Assembly (NCBI GenBank): GCA_021469345.1
Contig: GCA_021469345.1_3049.1
From: a phage
Strand: one strand, 5' to 3'
Length of the DNA stretch: 64,000 nt
The first letter of the stretch is position 1. Every line of letters starts with the position of its first letter. This document shows, piece by piece, positions 42,635-54,036 of this stretch. The position numbers and the translations under genes were made by a program. The notes beneath the pieces were generated by a model. It saw only the letters and a list, made by a program, of their open reading frames with translations, ran no database searches and was not told the DNA's origin.

Positions 42635-44094
42635 TTCTTAAAATTCTGAACGAAATAGCATCTATTGGTTCAACTAAGCAGAAGCAAGCAATTCTTGAAA
42701 AGAATAAAGATAATGAATTGCTTAAACGAGTATATCGTCTGACTTATTCTCGTGGGTTGCAGTATTATATTAAGAAATGGCCTAAACCTGGTATTGCTAC
42801 CCAGAGTTTTGGAATGTTGACTCTTACCGATATGCTTGACTTCATTGAATTCACATTAGCTACTCGGAAATTGACTGGAAATGCAGCAATTGAGGAATTA
42901 ACTGGATATATCACTGATGGTAAAAAAGATGATGTTGAAGTTTTGCGTCGGGTGATGATGCGAGACCTTGAATGTGGTGCTTCAGTATCTATTGCAAACA
43001 AAGTTTGGCCAGGTTTAATTCCTGAACAACCTCAAATGCTTGCAAGTTCTTATGATGAAAAAGGCATTAATAAGAATATCAAATTTCCAGCTTTTGCCCA
43101 GTTAAAAGCTGATGGAGCTCGGTGCTTTGCCGAAGTCAGAGGTGATGAATTAGATGATGTTCGTCTTTTATCACGAGCCGGTAATGAATATCTAGGATTA
43201 GATCTTCTTAAGGAAGAATTAATCAAAATGACCGCTGAAGCCCGCCAGATTCATCCAGAAGGCGTGTTAATTGATGGCGAATTGGTATACCATGAGCAAG
43301 TTAAAAAGGAACCAGAAGGCCTAGATTTTCTTTTTGATGCTCATCCTGAAAACAGTAAAGTTAAAGACTTCACAGAAGTAGCTGAATCACGTACTGCATC
43401 TAATGGCATCGCCAATAAATCTTTAAAGGGAACCATTTCTGAAAAAGAAGCTCAATGCATGAAGTTTCAGGTCTGGGATTATGTTCCGTTGGTAGAAATA
43501 TACGGTCTTCCTGCATTTCGTTTGAAATATGATGTACGTTTTTCTAAACTAGAACAAATGACATCAGGCTATGATAAAGTAATTTTAATTGAAAACCAGG
43601 TAGTAAATAACCTAGATGAAGCTAAGGTAATTTATAAAAAGTATATTGACCAAGGTCTTGAAGGTATTATTCTCAAAAATATCGATGGATTATGGGAAAA
43701 TGCTCGTTCAAAAAATCTCTATAAATTTAAAGAAGTAATTGATGTTGATTTAAAAATTGTAGGAATTTATCCTCACCGTAAAGACCCTACTAAAGCAGGT
43801 GGATTTATTCTTGAATCAGAGTGTGGAAAAATTAAGGTAAATGCTGGTTCAGGCTTAAAAGATAAAGCCGGTGTAAAATCGCATGAACTTGACCGTACTC
43901 GCATTATGGAAAACCAAAATTATTATATTGGAAAAATTCTAGAGTGCGAATGCAACGGTTGGTTAAAATCTGATGGCCGCACTGATTACGTTAAATTATT
44001 TCTTCCGATTGCGATTCGTTTACGCGAAGATAAAACTAAAGCTAATACATTTGAGGATGTATTTGGTGATTTTCATGAGGTAACTGGTCTATGA
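42631..44094 (+). CDS. 30: ATP-dependent DNA ligase
   Basis: 487 aa; adenylation-site KADGAR; length equals T4 ligase. Confidence 0.95.
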   Translation: MILKILNEIASIGSTKQKQAILEKNKDNELLKRVYRLTYSRGLQYYIKKWPKPGIATQSFGMLTLTDMLDFIEFTLATRKLTGNAAIEELTGYITDGKKDDVEVLRRVMMRDLECGASVSIANKVWPGLIPEQPQMLASSYDEKGINKNIKFPAFAQLKADGARCFAEVRGDELDDVRLLSRAGNEYLGLDLLKEELIKMTAEARQIHPEGVLIDGELVYHEQVKKEPEGLDFLFDAHPENSKVKDFTEVAESRTASNGIANKSLKGTISEKEAQCMKFQVWDYVPLVEIYGLPAFRLKYDVRFSKLEQMTSGYDKVILIENQVVNNLDEAKVIYKKYIDQGLEGIILKNIDGLWENARSKNLYKFKEVIDVDLKIVGIYPHRKDPTKAGGFILESECGKIKVNAGSGLKDKAGVKSHELDRTRIMENQNYYIGKILECECNGWLKSDGRTDYVKLFLPIAIRLREDKTKANTFEDVFGDFHEVTGL

Positions 44095-44279
44095 AAGCTT
44101 ACTTAGAAACAATTGTCATTGCTCAAAAAGAAGGTGGAGATGTTTCTACTTCTGTATCACAAGTCATTCTCGAATTTGTAGATGCATATGCTTATAATAA
44201 ATTCACAGAAACATTTGATGCCTATGAAAAAGGTCCAAAGTTTGAAATATACCGTACTCTCTTACCACTAGATTATTAA
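44091..44279 (+). CDS. hypothetical protein (62 aa)
   Basis: ORF track; followed by hairpin AGGCC-TTCG-GGCCT. Confidence 0.45.
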   Translation: MKAYLETIVIAQKEGGDVSTSVSQVILEFVDAYAYNKFTETFDAYEKGPKFEIYRTLLPLDY

Positions 44280-44300
44280 AGGCCTTCGGGCCTTTAATTT

Positions 44301-44308
44301 TATAAATA
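44301..44308 (+). promoter_or_regulatory. late promoter TATAAATA upstream of alt
   Basis: Exact TATAAATA about 20 nt upstream of the alt SD. Confidence 0.5.
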
Positions 44309-44331
44309 GAATAAACACTAGAGAGGTTATG

Positions 44332-46380
44332 ATGGAACTTATTACAGAATTATTTGATGAAGATACTACTCTTCCGATTACAAACTTAAATCCAAAGAAG
44401 AAAATACCACAAATTTTTTCAGTTCATGTTGATGACGCAATTGAACAACCAGGCTTTCGTTTATGTACCTATACATCTGGAGGTGATACTAATCGTGATT
44501 TAAAGATGGGCGATAAAATGATGCATATTGTTCCTTTTACATTAACCGCTAAAGGTTCAATTGCTAAATTGAAAGGTCTTGGTCCAAGCCCAATTAATTA
44601 TATCAATTCGGTTTTTACTGTTGCAATGCAAACAATGCGTCAGTATAAAATTGATGCCTGCATGCTTCGTATTCTTAAGTCTAAAACCGCCGGTCAAGCT
44701 CGACAAATTCAAGTTATTGCTGATAGACTTATCCGTAGTCGTTCAGGTGGCAGATACGTCCTTCTTAAGGAACTCTGGGATTATGATAAAAAGTATGCAT
44801 ATATTCTTATACATCGCAAAAATGTATCACTAGAAGACATTCCAGGGGTTCCGGAAATTAGTACCGAGCTCTTTACTAAAGTTGAATCGAAGGTCGGTGA
44901 TGTTTATATCAATAAAGATACTGGAGCTCAAGTAACTAAAAATGAGGCAATTGCAGCATCTATTGCACAAGAAAATGATAAACGTTCTGACCAAGCTGTA
45001 ATCGTTAAAGTTAAAATTTCCCGTAGAGCAATTGCACAAAGTCAGTCATTGGAATCTTCTAGATTTGAAACACCGATGTTTCAAAAATTTGAGGCTTCAG
45101 CGGCAGAATTAAATAAACCAGCGGACGCGCCTTTAATTTCTGATTCTAATGAATTAACGGTAATTTCTACTTCAGGATTTGCACTAGAGAATGCTCTTAG
45201 CAGTGTTACAGCTGGGATGGCATTCAGAGAAGCTTCTATAATTCCTGAAGATAAAGAATCCATTATTAATGCAGAAATAAAAAATAAAGCTTTAGAAAAA
45301 TTACGAAAAGAATCTATTACTTCAATAAAAACTTTAGAAACTATTGCTTCTATCGTCGATGATACTTTAGAAAAATATAAAGGTGCTTGGTTTGAAAGAA
45401 ATATTAACAAACATTCGCATTTAAATCAAGATGCTGCAAATGAGTTAGTACAAAATTCTTGGAATGCAATAAAAACAAAGATTATTCGAAGAGAATTACG
45501 TGGATATGCTCTTACCGCTGGATGGTCATTACATCCTATAGTCGAAAATAAAGATTCATCTAAATACACACCAGCGCAAAAACGCGGAATTCGTGAATAT
45601 GTAGGTTCAGGATATGTAGACATGAATAATGCTCTTTTGGGATTATATAATCCAGATGAGCGTACAAGTATTTTAACAGCATCTGAAATAGAACAAGCCA
45701 TTGATAATTTAGATTCAGCCTTTAAAAATGGTGAACGATTACCAAAAGGTATTACTTTGTATCGTTCACAACGAATGTTACCTTCAATATATGAAGCAAT
45801 GGTAAAAAATCGAGTTTTTTATTTTAGAAACTTTGTGTCAACATCATTATATCCAAATATTTTTGGTACTTGGATGACTGATTCATCTATAGGTGTTTTA
45901 CCAGACGAAAAGCGTCTAAGTGTTTCTATTGATAAAACTGATGAAGGACTAGTAAATTCTAGCGATAATTTAGTTGGAATTGGATGGGTTATTACTGGGG
46001 CTGATAAGGTCAATGTTGTTTTACCCGGTGGAAGTTTAGCGCCTTCAAATGAAATGGAAGTCATTTTGCCACGTGGATTAATGGTCAAAGTTAATAAAAT
46101 AACCGATGCATCTTACAACGATGGAACAGTTAGAACTAACAACAAGCTTATTCAAGCTGAAGTTATGACCACAGAAGAACTCACCGAATCGGTAATCTAT
46201 GACGGAGACCATTTAATGGAAACTGGTGAATTGGTTACAATGACAGGTGATATAGAAGACAGAGTTGACTTTGCATCATTTGTTTCATCAAATGTTAAAC
46301 AGAAAGTAGAATCATCTCTTGGAATTATTGCGTCTTGCATAGATATTGCAAACATGCCTTACAAGTTCGTTCAAGGATAA
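44332..46380 (+). CDS. alt: Alt ADP-ribosyltransferase (packaged; modifies host RNA polymerase)
   Basis: 682 aa from ATG 44332; MELITELFDEDTTLPITNLNPKKK... matches T4 Alt. Confidence 0.9.
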   Translation: MELITELFDEDTTLPITNLNPKKKIPQIFSVHVDDAIEQPGFRLCTYTSGGDTNRDLKMGDKMMHIVPFTLTAKGSIAKLKGLGPSPINYINSVFTVAMQTMRQYKIDACMLRILKSKTAGQARQIQVIADRLIRSRSGGRYVLLKELWDYDKKYAYILIHRKNVSLEDIPGVPEISTELFTKVESKVGDVYINKDTGAQVTKNEAIAASIAQENDKRSDQAVIVKVKISRRAIAQSQSLESSRFETPMFQKFEASAAELNKPADAPLISDSNELTVISTSGFALENALSSVTAGMAFREASIIPEDKESIINAEIKNKALEKLRKESITSIKTLETIASIVDDTLEKYKGAWFERNINKHSHLNQDAANELVQNSWNAIKTKIIRRELRGYALTAGWSLHPIVENKDSSKYTPAQKRGIREYVGSGYVDMNNALLGLYNPDERTSILTASEIEQAIDNLDSAFKNGERLPKGITLYRSQRMLPSIYEAMVKNRVFYFRNFVSTSLYPNIFGTWMTDSSIGVLPDEKRLSVSIDKTDEGLVNSSDNLVGIGWVITGADKVNVVLPGGSLAPSNEMEVILPRGLMVKVNKITDASYNDGTVRTNNKLIQAEVMTTEELTESVIYDGDHLMETGELVTMTGDIEDRVDFASFVSSNVKQKVESSLGIIASCIDIANMPYKFVQG

Positions 46381-46382
46381 AT

Positions 46383-46739
46383 CATGGAACTTATTACATA
46401 ATTATTTGACGGCGCTTCGGCGCCGGTTGTTAACTTAAATCCTAAGCATAAAATACCACAAATTTTTGCTATTCAAGCCGGCGAAGAAAGCGTGCTTCCT
46501 GGATTTAGATTTTGTACATACACCTCTGGCGGTGATACAGATAAAACGTTAAACCAGGCGACAAAATGATGCATATCGTAATGATAGGTGTTAATGAGAA
46601 ACTATCATTAGTTAAGCTTAAAAACTTGGGTGGAAATCCAATTGGTGTCATTAATGCTGTTTTGATACTGCTCTTCAAACAATGAAACAGTATAAAATCG
46701 ACGCATGCCTATTACGCGTACTAAAAAGTTCAAAATGTG
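46383..46739 (+). pseudogene. decayed partial duplicate of the alt 5' region
   Basis: ATGGAACTTATTACATAA (MELIT-stop), then LFDGASAPVVNLNPKHKIPQIF...FCTYTSGGDT..., frameshifts, ...QYKIDACLLRVLKS; parallels the Alt N-terminus. Confidence 0.65.
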
Positions 46740-46793
46740 GTTTACAAGTCCCTCGTGTTGTGTTATAGTAGTCTTACTGACATAACATGAGGA
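46740..46793 (+). promoter_or_regulatory. T4-type early promoter, copy B of the 54-bp exact repeat
   Basis: Identical to 33532-33585. Confidence 0.6.
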
Positions 46794-46800
46794 ACACAAA

Positions 46801-47091
46801 ATGAAATCTTCTTTACGCTTTTTAGGTCAAGAACTTGTAGTTGAAGGCGTTATTCCTGCTGATAACGCTTTTAATGAAGCAGTTTATGATGAATTTATCA
46901 AAATTTTCGGAACAGATAAAAAGTTTGGAATTTTTCCTTCTGAAAATTTTTCAAAGCCAGAACAGACTGAAAGTATTTTTCAGGGTGTAGTAACAGGTAA
47001 ATTTGAGTCAGAAGCTCCGGTAAAAATTGAAGTTTATATTGAAGACAGTTTAGTTGCTTCAGTTGCTGCTTTTATTTCATTCCGTAAATAA
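46801..47091 (+). CDS. hypothetical protein (96 aa)
   Basis: ORF track; SD GAGGAACA. Confidence 0.5.
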   Translation: MKSSLRFLGQELVVEGVIPADNAFNEAVYDEFIKIFGTDKKFGIFPSENFSKPEQTESIFQGVVTGKFESEAPVKIEVYIEDSLVASVAAFISFRK

Positions 47092-47093
47092 AA

Positions 47094-47120
47094 ACATGGG
47101 GACCGAAAGGTCCCCATTGT
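47094..47120. terminator. bidirectional terminator hairpin (GGGGACC-GAAA-GGTCCCC) between convergent genes
   Basis: Perfect GC stem flanked by A-rich and T-rich tracts. Confidence 0.6.
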
Positions 47121-48085
47121 TATATTGCTCCTAATATTTTACTTTGCGAATTGACAATTCCTGTCATAGTATTAATGTTTGAAATGCTTCCTGCAGTTCC
47201 CCCTAATCTACTGAGTCGTGAAAGCGAATTAGATAGTCCAGTAACACCTCCACTATTTCCGAGAACGCTTTGAATACCATTTATAGCAGCAGATTCAAGC
47301 CATTCAAGCGCAGCTTGCCTATCAACTGCTCCAGCCTGCATCACTCTATATGCAAAAGTAACATCAAATGTAGTTATTTGGTTATCTCCATCATATGATA
47401 GCTCAGGAGCGCTCACTGATATTGGAATGCATCCGGTGAACATCACCGCAGTATGAGGCAATCCATTGCGAGAATGAAGATTAACCTGAATATCTGCCTC
47501 GACATCTTGCGGCAAAGCACGCAGTCCAGTTACTGGGTCTTGAACAGAGTTAACCCAGTCTTGCATTGCACGATAGTTACAAGCTTCTGAATCCATTCTA
47601 AATGAAATAACCAAAGGGTCTAATTCTCTCCCAGTTATACGAATATTAGGAGAATTATAGTTCCAGTCAGTTTCATAGGATAATCTATTCTCTGGCATTT
47701 TTACAGAGTATATCATCAATCCAGATGAGTTATATGCCATGTTAAAGAAGTCAATTAAATATGTACCAACTGTAAATGAGCCTAATAAACTTTGAACTGT
47801 ACGTTGACTCATGGCACCAATAAGATATTTACTAACCCCTGATTTTCTTATCAGTTTTTGTGTGCCAGCTGTAATTAGCGTGGTAATTCCCTGATTAATA
47901 TCACCTTGAGTTAATCCTAACCAATTTGAATTTAGGCCCAAGTTATTATAAGAAAAGTTGCTAATTGAACTTATCAACGAAGAGCTTTTAGTTGATGGAG
48001 TTGTTGCAAAAACGCAGCTAAACATATTATTACGTTGGAAATCTGCGTTTATTGCTTGATTATTAAATTCCTCTAAAGAATACAT
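47120..48085 (-). CDS. 54: gp54 baseplate tail-tube initiator
   Basis: 321 aa; gene order 48-54 and length match T4. Confidence 0.85.
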   Translation of the reverse strand: MYSLEEFNNQAINADFQRNNMFSCVFATTPSTKSSSLISSISNFSYNNLGLNSNWLGLTQGDINQGITTLITAGTQKLIRKSGVSKYLIGAMSQRTVQSLLGSFTVGTYLIDFFNMAYNSSGLMIYSVKMPENRLSYETDWNYNSPNIRITGRELDPLVISFRMDSEACNYRAMQDWVNSVQDPVTGLRALPQDVEADIQVNLHSRNGLPHTAVMFTGCIPISVSAPELSYDGDNQITTFDVTFAYRVMQAGAVDRQAALEWLESAAINGIQSVLGNSGGVTGLSNSLSRLSRLGGTAGSISNINTMTGIVNSQSKILGAI

Positions 48086-49179
48086 TAAAAAGTCCCCGCA
48101 TATAAAGAAGCACGGTTTAACGTGATAATTTCTCTCATAGTAATCTCGAGAGTAAATGTACTAGGGAGGTTTGGAGCAATAGCTAATCCGTTAAAGTTAC
48201 CATTAGGTGTTTTATCAAATCTGATGCTCTGTATTTGGCATGGACCAAATATTTCCGTTTTTCCATCAAACTTAGATGTTGCACCAAAGTTTTTCACCAT
48301 CCAAACTGTCGGGTTTGAAACTACAAGAACGTTCGTTAAACTTGCTGTCATTTTCTCAAATAGTGTTTTATTTTTAGCTGCGTCTTCCGGAGATAAAGGT
48401 TCAATTAACGTAGAACGATACCAATCATCTAAATACCCCTTTATTTCAGCAGCGTATTGAGATTTACCTGTTTCACCATAAGAAAGATAGTTAAAATATT
48501 GATAGATATTAATAATAGCCATTAAATCTTCTGTTGAACGTGGAGTCAAATCCCATGTAAACACTTTAGTTCTATTTTCAGCACCACCATACATACTTCT
48601 GGCTGTCGTATAAATCTGTTCATTATTATCAGCCATTATACCTTGTGTTATACTTTCCAGTGCCCCAAATACTGCGGTTGAAGCAATATTACTTAGCACA
48701 CCGGTAGCAGTACCTCCGCCTCTACTGATAAGGCTTTCTTGAACATCATTAAATCTATGTGATGATGTGTCAACATCAGATTTAGATCTCGGTAAAAGAA
48801 TGTTTGCGACAGGAGCTTTACTTATTGTTCCTGAATTATTATTTGATATTAATCCATTTGATAGTTTTGATACTGTACTACTAATAGTGTTTCTAGCTGT
48901 ACTTAAAATACTCGAAGATGAAGAAGAGTAGTTAGATCTCATCGATCTAAGACTTCCAGAATCCCTAGATGACATATTGTATGCAGTAAATAATAATCCA
49001 TTCTTATATAGATCTGTTACCTGGAAGTCCCCTGTAGTGTCATTACCACTAGCACGCCCAGTTGGAAACTGGGCAGTGTATGTTTTAGTTACTACTTCTG
49101 ATTTAGTGCTCTGTCCGGCTGAAATTTTCTCACCGGACTTTTTAATTAAATCGGTAGTCATTTCTTTAACAATTGCCAT
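48085..49179 (-). CDS. 48: gp48 baseplate-tail tube junction protein
   Basis: 364 aa, the same length as T4 gp48. Confidence 0.85.
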   Translation of the reverse strand: MAIVKEMTTDLIKKSGEKISAGQSTKSEVVTKTYTAQFPTGRASGNDTTGDFQVTDLYKNGLLFTAYNMSSRDSGSLRSMRSNYSSSSSSILSTARNTISSTVSKLSNGLISNNNSGTISKAPVANILLPRSKSDVDTSSHRFNDVQESLISRGGGTATGVLSNIASTAVFGALESITQGIMADNNEQIYTTARSMYGGAENRTKVFTWDLTPRSTEDLMAIINIYQYFNYLSYGETGKSQYAAEIKGYLDDWYRSTLIEPLSPEDAAKNKTLFEKMTASLTNVLVVSNPTVWMVKNFGATSKFDGKTEIFGPCQIQSIRFDKTPNGNFNGLAIAPNLPSTFTLEITMREIITLNRASLYAGTF

Positions 49180-49187
49180 ATTATTCC

Positions 49188-50960
49188 TTAATTAACTCCA
49201 GTCGCATCAAATACACCAGGAGCAGTTGTGCTTGTGACAGGTGTCATATTATGAACGACAGTATTTTTCTTAATAACATTATTAGTATTATTGATTGAAG
49301 GAGATGCTTGCTGAACAGGAGCTTGCTGTGCTTTGTTCTTTTCAATAACCTGGACCTGTTTCGCTTCTGGCGATTTAGCAGAAGTTTCAGGTTTGGCATT
49401 AGGCTGATTTTTCTTGAGCTCTTGATAAGTAGCATCAATTTTAGAAAATCTAGCAGCAAGTTCTTTTTTAACTGCCGGTGAATTGTTTAAATCCGGGTCA
49501 TCCATCCGTTTTTTAAGGTCTTCATAGGCAGATTCAACAGATTTAACCGTTGAGTCTTTACTCATATCAGCTGAATCAGCATATTTTTCAAAACGAATCA
49601 TCGCGGCACGTGCTTCATTAGCCTTCATTAAAGCATTTTTTCTTTCTTCAGGTGAAAGCTGCTTTAATTTTTCTTCTTCTGCTGCACGTTCTTCGTCGGT
49701 AGTTAGTGCTTCTTTATTATCAACACCGCGAATCCAATTAGATGCACGAGTTTTCCAATTAGCAATTTTATCTAATCCTTTTGCTATCGGACCAAGGTCT
49801 CCGTTCATTCGTTTATCTTGATAATTTGCAGCTTTTTCCTGGTCTTCTTTATTGAGAGATGCTCCAGTAGAATTTTGGAAATTTTCTAGTGCTCTTCCTT
49901 CTACTTCATCAGCAGTATCTTTCATACCAGGAATAACTCGAAGAATTGCCGCAGATAATTTAGCCATACCTAATTGAATAAGCTCTCCTAAATTAAAAAG
50001 AACCTTTCCAAGCCCTTCAACAATAGCTACTGTTAATCCACCCCAATCTCCCGCTTCCCAGAACTTTTTAATTTCATCAATAGAACTAAAGATGCTCTGT
50101 AATAAAGGACCCCATGTTCCGGTTTCGCTAGAGAATTTAGTAAAGTCTGTATTAAACAAATCCCAAGCCTGTGAAAATTTATCTGACCAATATTTAAAAT
50201 GAACCATCAACAGGTCTATTCCAACAACAACAGCCAATATCATTGCAGTCATTTTAGCAGCTTCAATAGCAGCACTGACGGTATACTTAAATAGCATGCT
50301 TGATATTTTATCAGTAATTGAAATGGATTTCTTAAATCCAAAATCAACAGTCTTTGTTAATTTATCTAAAGCTTGTGATAATTTTAAGTTAAATGCTTCT
50401 TTTTTCTGTTTTTCTTCTGGTGATTCTTGCTTTGGCTCAACTGGCTGAGGGGTCGGGAAAAAATCAGCGTCAGGATCATTATTAACTGCTTCAGGAGCTG
50501 GTAATAAAGGACCCACAGATTCGGCAGTATCATCCTCAACGACTTTAACAGGAATAGCGCTTTCAACTGTAGCTAAACTAGTTCCTGTTTGTTGAATTCC
50601 AGCTGTCTGGATTTTTTGCTCTAGTAAACTTGTTAATTTATCTAATTTGCTTCCGAGTGATTCACCGATTTCTTTATTAATATTGTTGCCAATTTCGACA
50701 GTTTCAGCAATTAACTCAGAACCGGCAGTAGTATCACTCACTGCGCTTTCTACGTTATCAATTGCTTCAATTATTTCATTCGATTTTTCTTCGACAGTTT
50801 GAGCTATTAATTCAGAGGCAGCTTGAGCATCATCCAATTTCGTAGATATATCATTAAGTCCAGATAAAGTATTAGAAGCGGATTTAGCCGCTTCCTGTGT
50901 TGGTTTATTATCTGAAATAACTTTTCTACGCATCGTTTGCATTTCTTGTGGCTTTTTCAT
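49188..50960 (-). CDS. 29: gp29 tail tape-measure / baseplate hub protein
   Basis: 590 aa, the same length as T4 gp29. Confidence 0.85.
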   Translation of the reverse strand: MKKPQEMQTMRRKVISDNKPTQEAAKSASNTLSGLNDISTKLDDAQAASELIAQTVEEKSNEIIEAIDNVESAVSDTTAGSELIAETVEIGNNINKEIGESLGSKLDKLTSLLEQKIQTAGIQQTGTSLATVESAIPVKVVEDDTAESVGPLLPAPEAVNNDPDADFFPTPQPVEPKQESPEEKQKKEAFNLKLSQALDKLTKTVDFGFKKSISITDKISSMLFKYTVSAAIEAAKMTAMILAVVVGIDLLMVHFKYWSDKFSQAWDLFNTDFTKFSSETGTWGPLLQSIFSSIDEIKKFWEAGDWGGLTVAIVEGLGKVLFNLGELIQLGMAKLSAAILRVIPGMKDTADEVEGRALENFQNSTGASLNKEDQEKAANYQDKRMNGDLGPIAKGLDKIANWKTRASNWIRGVDNKEALTTDEERAAEEEKLKQLSPEERKNALMKANEARAAMIRFEKYADSADMSKDSTVKSVESAYEDLKKRMDDPDLNNSPAVKKELAARFSKIDATYQELKKNQPNAKPETSAKSPEAKQVQVIEKNKAQQAPVQQASPSINNTNNVIKKNTVVHNMTPVTSTTAPGVFDATGVN

Positions 50961-51490
50961 TCAAATAATCCAATAATATTGCCAATTCCAGTTATTGGAC
51001 CATTAGGGCCAGGAATTGCTAAAGTTGTAAAAATATCATTTGCCCATTTTAAAACGAATGCTGGCATCTCAAGAAAATTAATTTCTTTAACTTCATCGTT
51101 GACCTTAAGCAAGCATTTAGATAACATATCGCTCACCGTTAAAAATTGTTCAAATTTTCCAGGAGGTCTAAAATAAAATGTATTTCCTTGGTATTGAAAT
51201 TCTAATCTTTGGCATACATAGACATCATTAATGTCATAAGTATAGCCATCTATTTCTTTACGAGATTTAATCTTTCCATTAAATTCCAATAAATGAATAG
51301 AAACGAAATCAACTTCTGCCGGTGATAAATTCGGACAAATAGAATCAATAAGAAGTTTTAAATTTTCATCAGGACCTTTAACATCCTTTAAAATGTTATA
51401 ATGTTTAAGACCCATTTTAGGAATAGAAACTTCTTTATTGCTTATTGGAAGAACTACTTTCTTCAGTGGTAGTATCAGATTTAAATTCAT
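50957..51490 (-). CDS. 28: gp28 baseplate hub distal subunit
   Basis: 177 aa; synteny. Confidence 0.8.
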   Translation of the reverse strand: MNLNLILPLKKVVLPISNKEVSIPKMGLKHYNILKDVKGPDENLKLLIDSICPNLSPAEVDFVSIHLLEFNGKIKSRKEIDGYTYDINDVYVCQRLEFQYQGNTFYFRPPGKFEQFLTVSDMLSKCLLKVNDEVKEINFLEMPAFVLKWANDIFTTLAIPGPNGPITGIGNIIGLFE

Positions 51491-52610
51491 TTTTAACCTT
51501 AACTGGGTCTATTGTTTCCAGTTTCGTTGCATTAGTGAACATATATAGATGAGTTACTGAATTATTATTGGATAATTCATGGATAACTTCATCAACGTAA
51601 AATTCTGTTTTAAATTGGTTTTTACTATCATTAAAAATAATTTTAACACCAGGAGTCAAGTTAAAATTACCGACAGTAGAACATTTAGCATAACCGTCAT
51701 ATTGTGCCATAGTTTGAAGACGAATAGCTTCTTCATATCCATTCCTATAAGTCATTTCAGAATAAGCACCTGACCTTGACACTACAATAGAGTTTTCGCC
51801 CTTTCCTGTAGTAATCATTGGCAGTGAAGAATCTAAAAATGAATGAGCATAGATAGTAGCATTTTTCATTGGGTCACGTTTGTGAGGATTCGATTTAGTC
51901 AACCAAACAAAATCATATGCTAATGGATATTTTAATTCTTGGATGAATTGACCTATTAAAGATGGCTCACCGACAATCATTGGATATGGTTCTTGATTTA
52001 TCATCATATCATAGTCCATCATGTTAACTCCCATGATGTCTTGCCACACAAATACAAATTTGTCGCTTTCTACAGCTAGAGCAACTTCTCTTACATATGA
52101 CAAATAGTTTTCAAATGTGCTAGTCCATGGAATATCAGGAACATAAGCATTTATAGCATTTATTGCTGGAGTTAATAATGTGCGATCCTGATAAATGACG
52201 CCAAGCATTTCCTTTATAGATTCACCTGCATCAGGGAAAAATGGTCTACCAAATTTAAGATTTTCTATAGAATGAATAGTTCCCAATTCAATAGCAATGA
52301 TGTTATCACCTTTTGAATCTACTGACACGGAAAAATGCTTACATCCATAAATTCGTGTTTTAACATTATTAATATCATTTGCATTAGCTACAGAAATCTG
52401 AATTATTTCATTTCCATCCATTTTTGTATGGATGTTTTTAGAATCATAAAACTGCAGCATTCCTTCATTTCGGCCATAAAGAGAATCCCGCATAGTTAAT
52501 GTAGTAATAGTAGCAGCTAATTCAACAAATCTATTATTACTCCAAGCGTCGTAGCTATCAAATAATTTAACGCTGAGATTTGGATATCCGGGGCGTTGCA
52601 ACATACTCAT
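51435..52610 (-). CDS. 27: gp27 baseplate hub subunit
   Basis: 391 aa; synteny. Confidence 0.85.
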   Translation of the reverse strand: MSMLQRPGYPNLSVKLFDSYDAWSNNRFVELAATITTLTMRDSLYGRNEGMLQFYDSKNIHTKMDGNEIIQISVANANDINNVKTRIYGCKHFSVSVDSKGDNIIAIELGTIHSIENLKFGRPFFPDAGESIKEMLGVIYQDRTLLTPAINAINAYVPDIPWTSTFENYLSYVREVALAVESDKFVFVWQDIMGVNMMDYDMMINQEPYPMIVGEPSLIGQFIQELKYPLAYDFVWLTKSNPHKRDPMKNATIYAHSFLDSSLPMITTGKGENSIVVSRSGAYSEMTYRNGYEEAIRLQTMAQYDGYAKCSTVGNFNLTPGVKIIFNDSKNQFKTEFYVDEVIHELSNNNSVTHLYMFTNATKLETIDPVKVKNEFKSDTTTEESSSSNKQ

Positions 52611-53359
52611 TATTGTTTATCCTTCTCAATCAGTTTTAATACGAATCCGCGCTCAGCAGGAATCATTTTCATTATTGAATTTAAGCTATAATTACTTTTT
52701 ACGAGTGTGTGATTAATTTGATAAAAAGTAAATATCTCATCTGGGTTAACTAATAGCTTAAACACGTCTACTATATCAGTGTATTTTTTAATGTACTTAT
52801 TACAGCATGACATATGTAGAGTTAAATTAATAGGATTCATTGCATCGAGAATTTTTTCTAATGTTTCTATTTCGATGGCGTCAACGAGTTCTATTTGACT
52901 GGACTCGCTAATTTCCTTCCAATCATACCAAGCTTCATCTACTTGAACAGAATGAATATTTTCAGTAATCATCTTTGCTTTATTTTCATAAAACTCAGAA
53001 GGAAACTTTAATTTAATTTTAACATTAGCTACATCAAAAACAGGTTCCTTTAATTCTTTTTGATATATTTCAAATGGAACTGTCTTTTCTTTTTTACATT
53101 TTGGACATACAAATGTGACTGGTACTTTAGTTTTACCTATTGACCCTACAAATACCTGCAAAAATATAAATGGTTGCCAAGTCTTTGGATAGTCTCCAAA
53201 ATAATCAGCAATTAAATCAGCAATTACTTCTTTTTGTTCTTGTGGTGACCGATGTTCTATATCGTTTCGAACTAACAAAAAATCTCGATAATCTTCTACC
53301 GTAAATGGTTTAAAACGATGAACACCATCTGGTAATTTACAACGAATAATGTTTGCCAT
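52610..53359 (-). CDS. 51: gp51 baseplate hub assembly catalyst
   Basis: 249 aa; synteny. Confidence 0.8.
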   Translation of the reverse strand: MANIIRCKLPDGVHRFKPFTVEDYRDFLLVRNDIEHRSPQEQKEVIADLIADYFGDYPKTWQPFIFLQVFVGSIGKTKVPVTFVCPKCKKEKTVPFEIYQKELKEPVFDVANVKIKLKFPSEFYENKAKMITENIHSVQVDEAWYDWKEISESSQIELVDAIEIETLEKILDAMNPINLTLHMSCCNKYIKKYTDIVDVFKLLVNPDEIFTFYQINHTLVKSNYSLNSIMKMIPAERGFVLKLIEKDKQ

Positions 53360-53376
53360 AGATGCTCCTTTTATTC

Positions 53377-53388
53377 TATTTATAAATA
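53377..53388. promoter_or_regulatory. divergent overlapping late promoters (TATAAATA on both strands) for genes 51 and 26
   Basis: + strand TATAAATA at 53381-53388; - strand TATAAATA at 53377-53384. Confidence 0.55.
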
Positions 53389-53409
53389 TGATAAATAAAG
53401 GAGCTAAAT

Positions 53410-54036
53410 ATGTATGAATACAAATTTGATGTGAGAGTTGGTTCTAAAATAATCAATTGTCGCGCATTCACGCTTAAAGAATATCTAGAACTTATTACTG
53501 CCAAAAATAATGGTTCTGTAGAAGTAATTGTTAAAAAGCTAATCAAAGACTGCACAAATGCAAAAGATTTAAACCGCCAAGAATCAGAACTATTGTTGAT
53601 TCATTTATGGGCGCATTCTCTTGGAGAAGTTAATCACGAAAACTCCTGGAAGTGCACCTGTGGAACTGAAATACCAACCCATATAAATCTATTACATACA
53701 CAAATAGATGCACCAGAAGACCTCTGGTATACACTGAGTGACATTAAAATTAAATTCCGATACCCTAAAATTTTTGATGATAAAAATATAGCCCACATGA
53801 TAGTATCATGCATAGAAACGATTCATGCTAACGGGGAAAGCATTCCAGTTGAAGACTTAAATGAAAAGGAACTAGAAGATTTATATTCTATCATCACAGA
53901 GTCAGATATTGTAGCTATAAAAGATATGCTTTTAAAACCTACCGTTTATTTGGCTGTTCCAATTAAGTGTCCAGAGTGTGGAAAAACCCATGCTCACGTA
54001 ATAAGAGGCCTCAAAGAGTTCTTTGAGTTACTATAA
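53410..54036 (+). CDS. 26: gp26 baseplate hub subunit
   Basis: 208 aa; SD AAGGAG. Confidence 0.85.
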   Translation: MYEYKFDVRVGSKIINCRAFTLKEYLELITAKNNGSVEVIVKKLIKDCTNAKDLNRQESELLLIHLWAHSLGEVNHENSWKCTCGTEIPTHINLLHTQIDAPEDLWYTLSDIKIKFRYPKIFDDKNIAHMIVSCIETIHANGESIPVEDLNEKELEDLYSIITESDIVAIKDMLLKPTVYLAVPIKCPECGKTHAHVIRGLKEFFELL

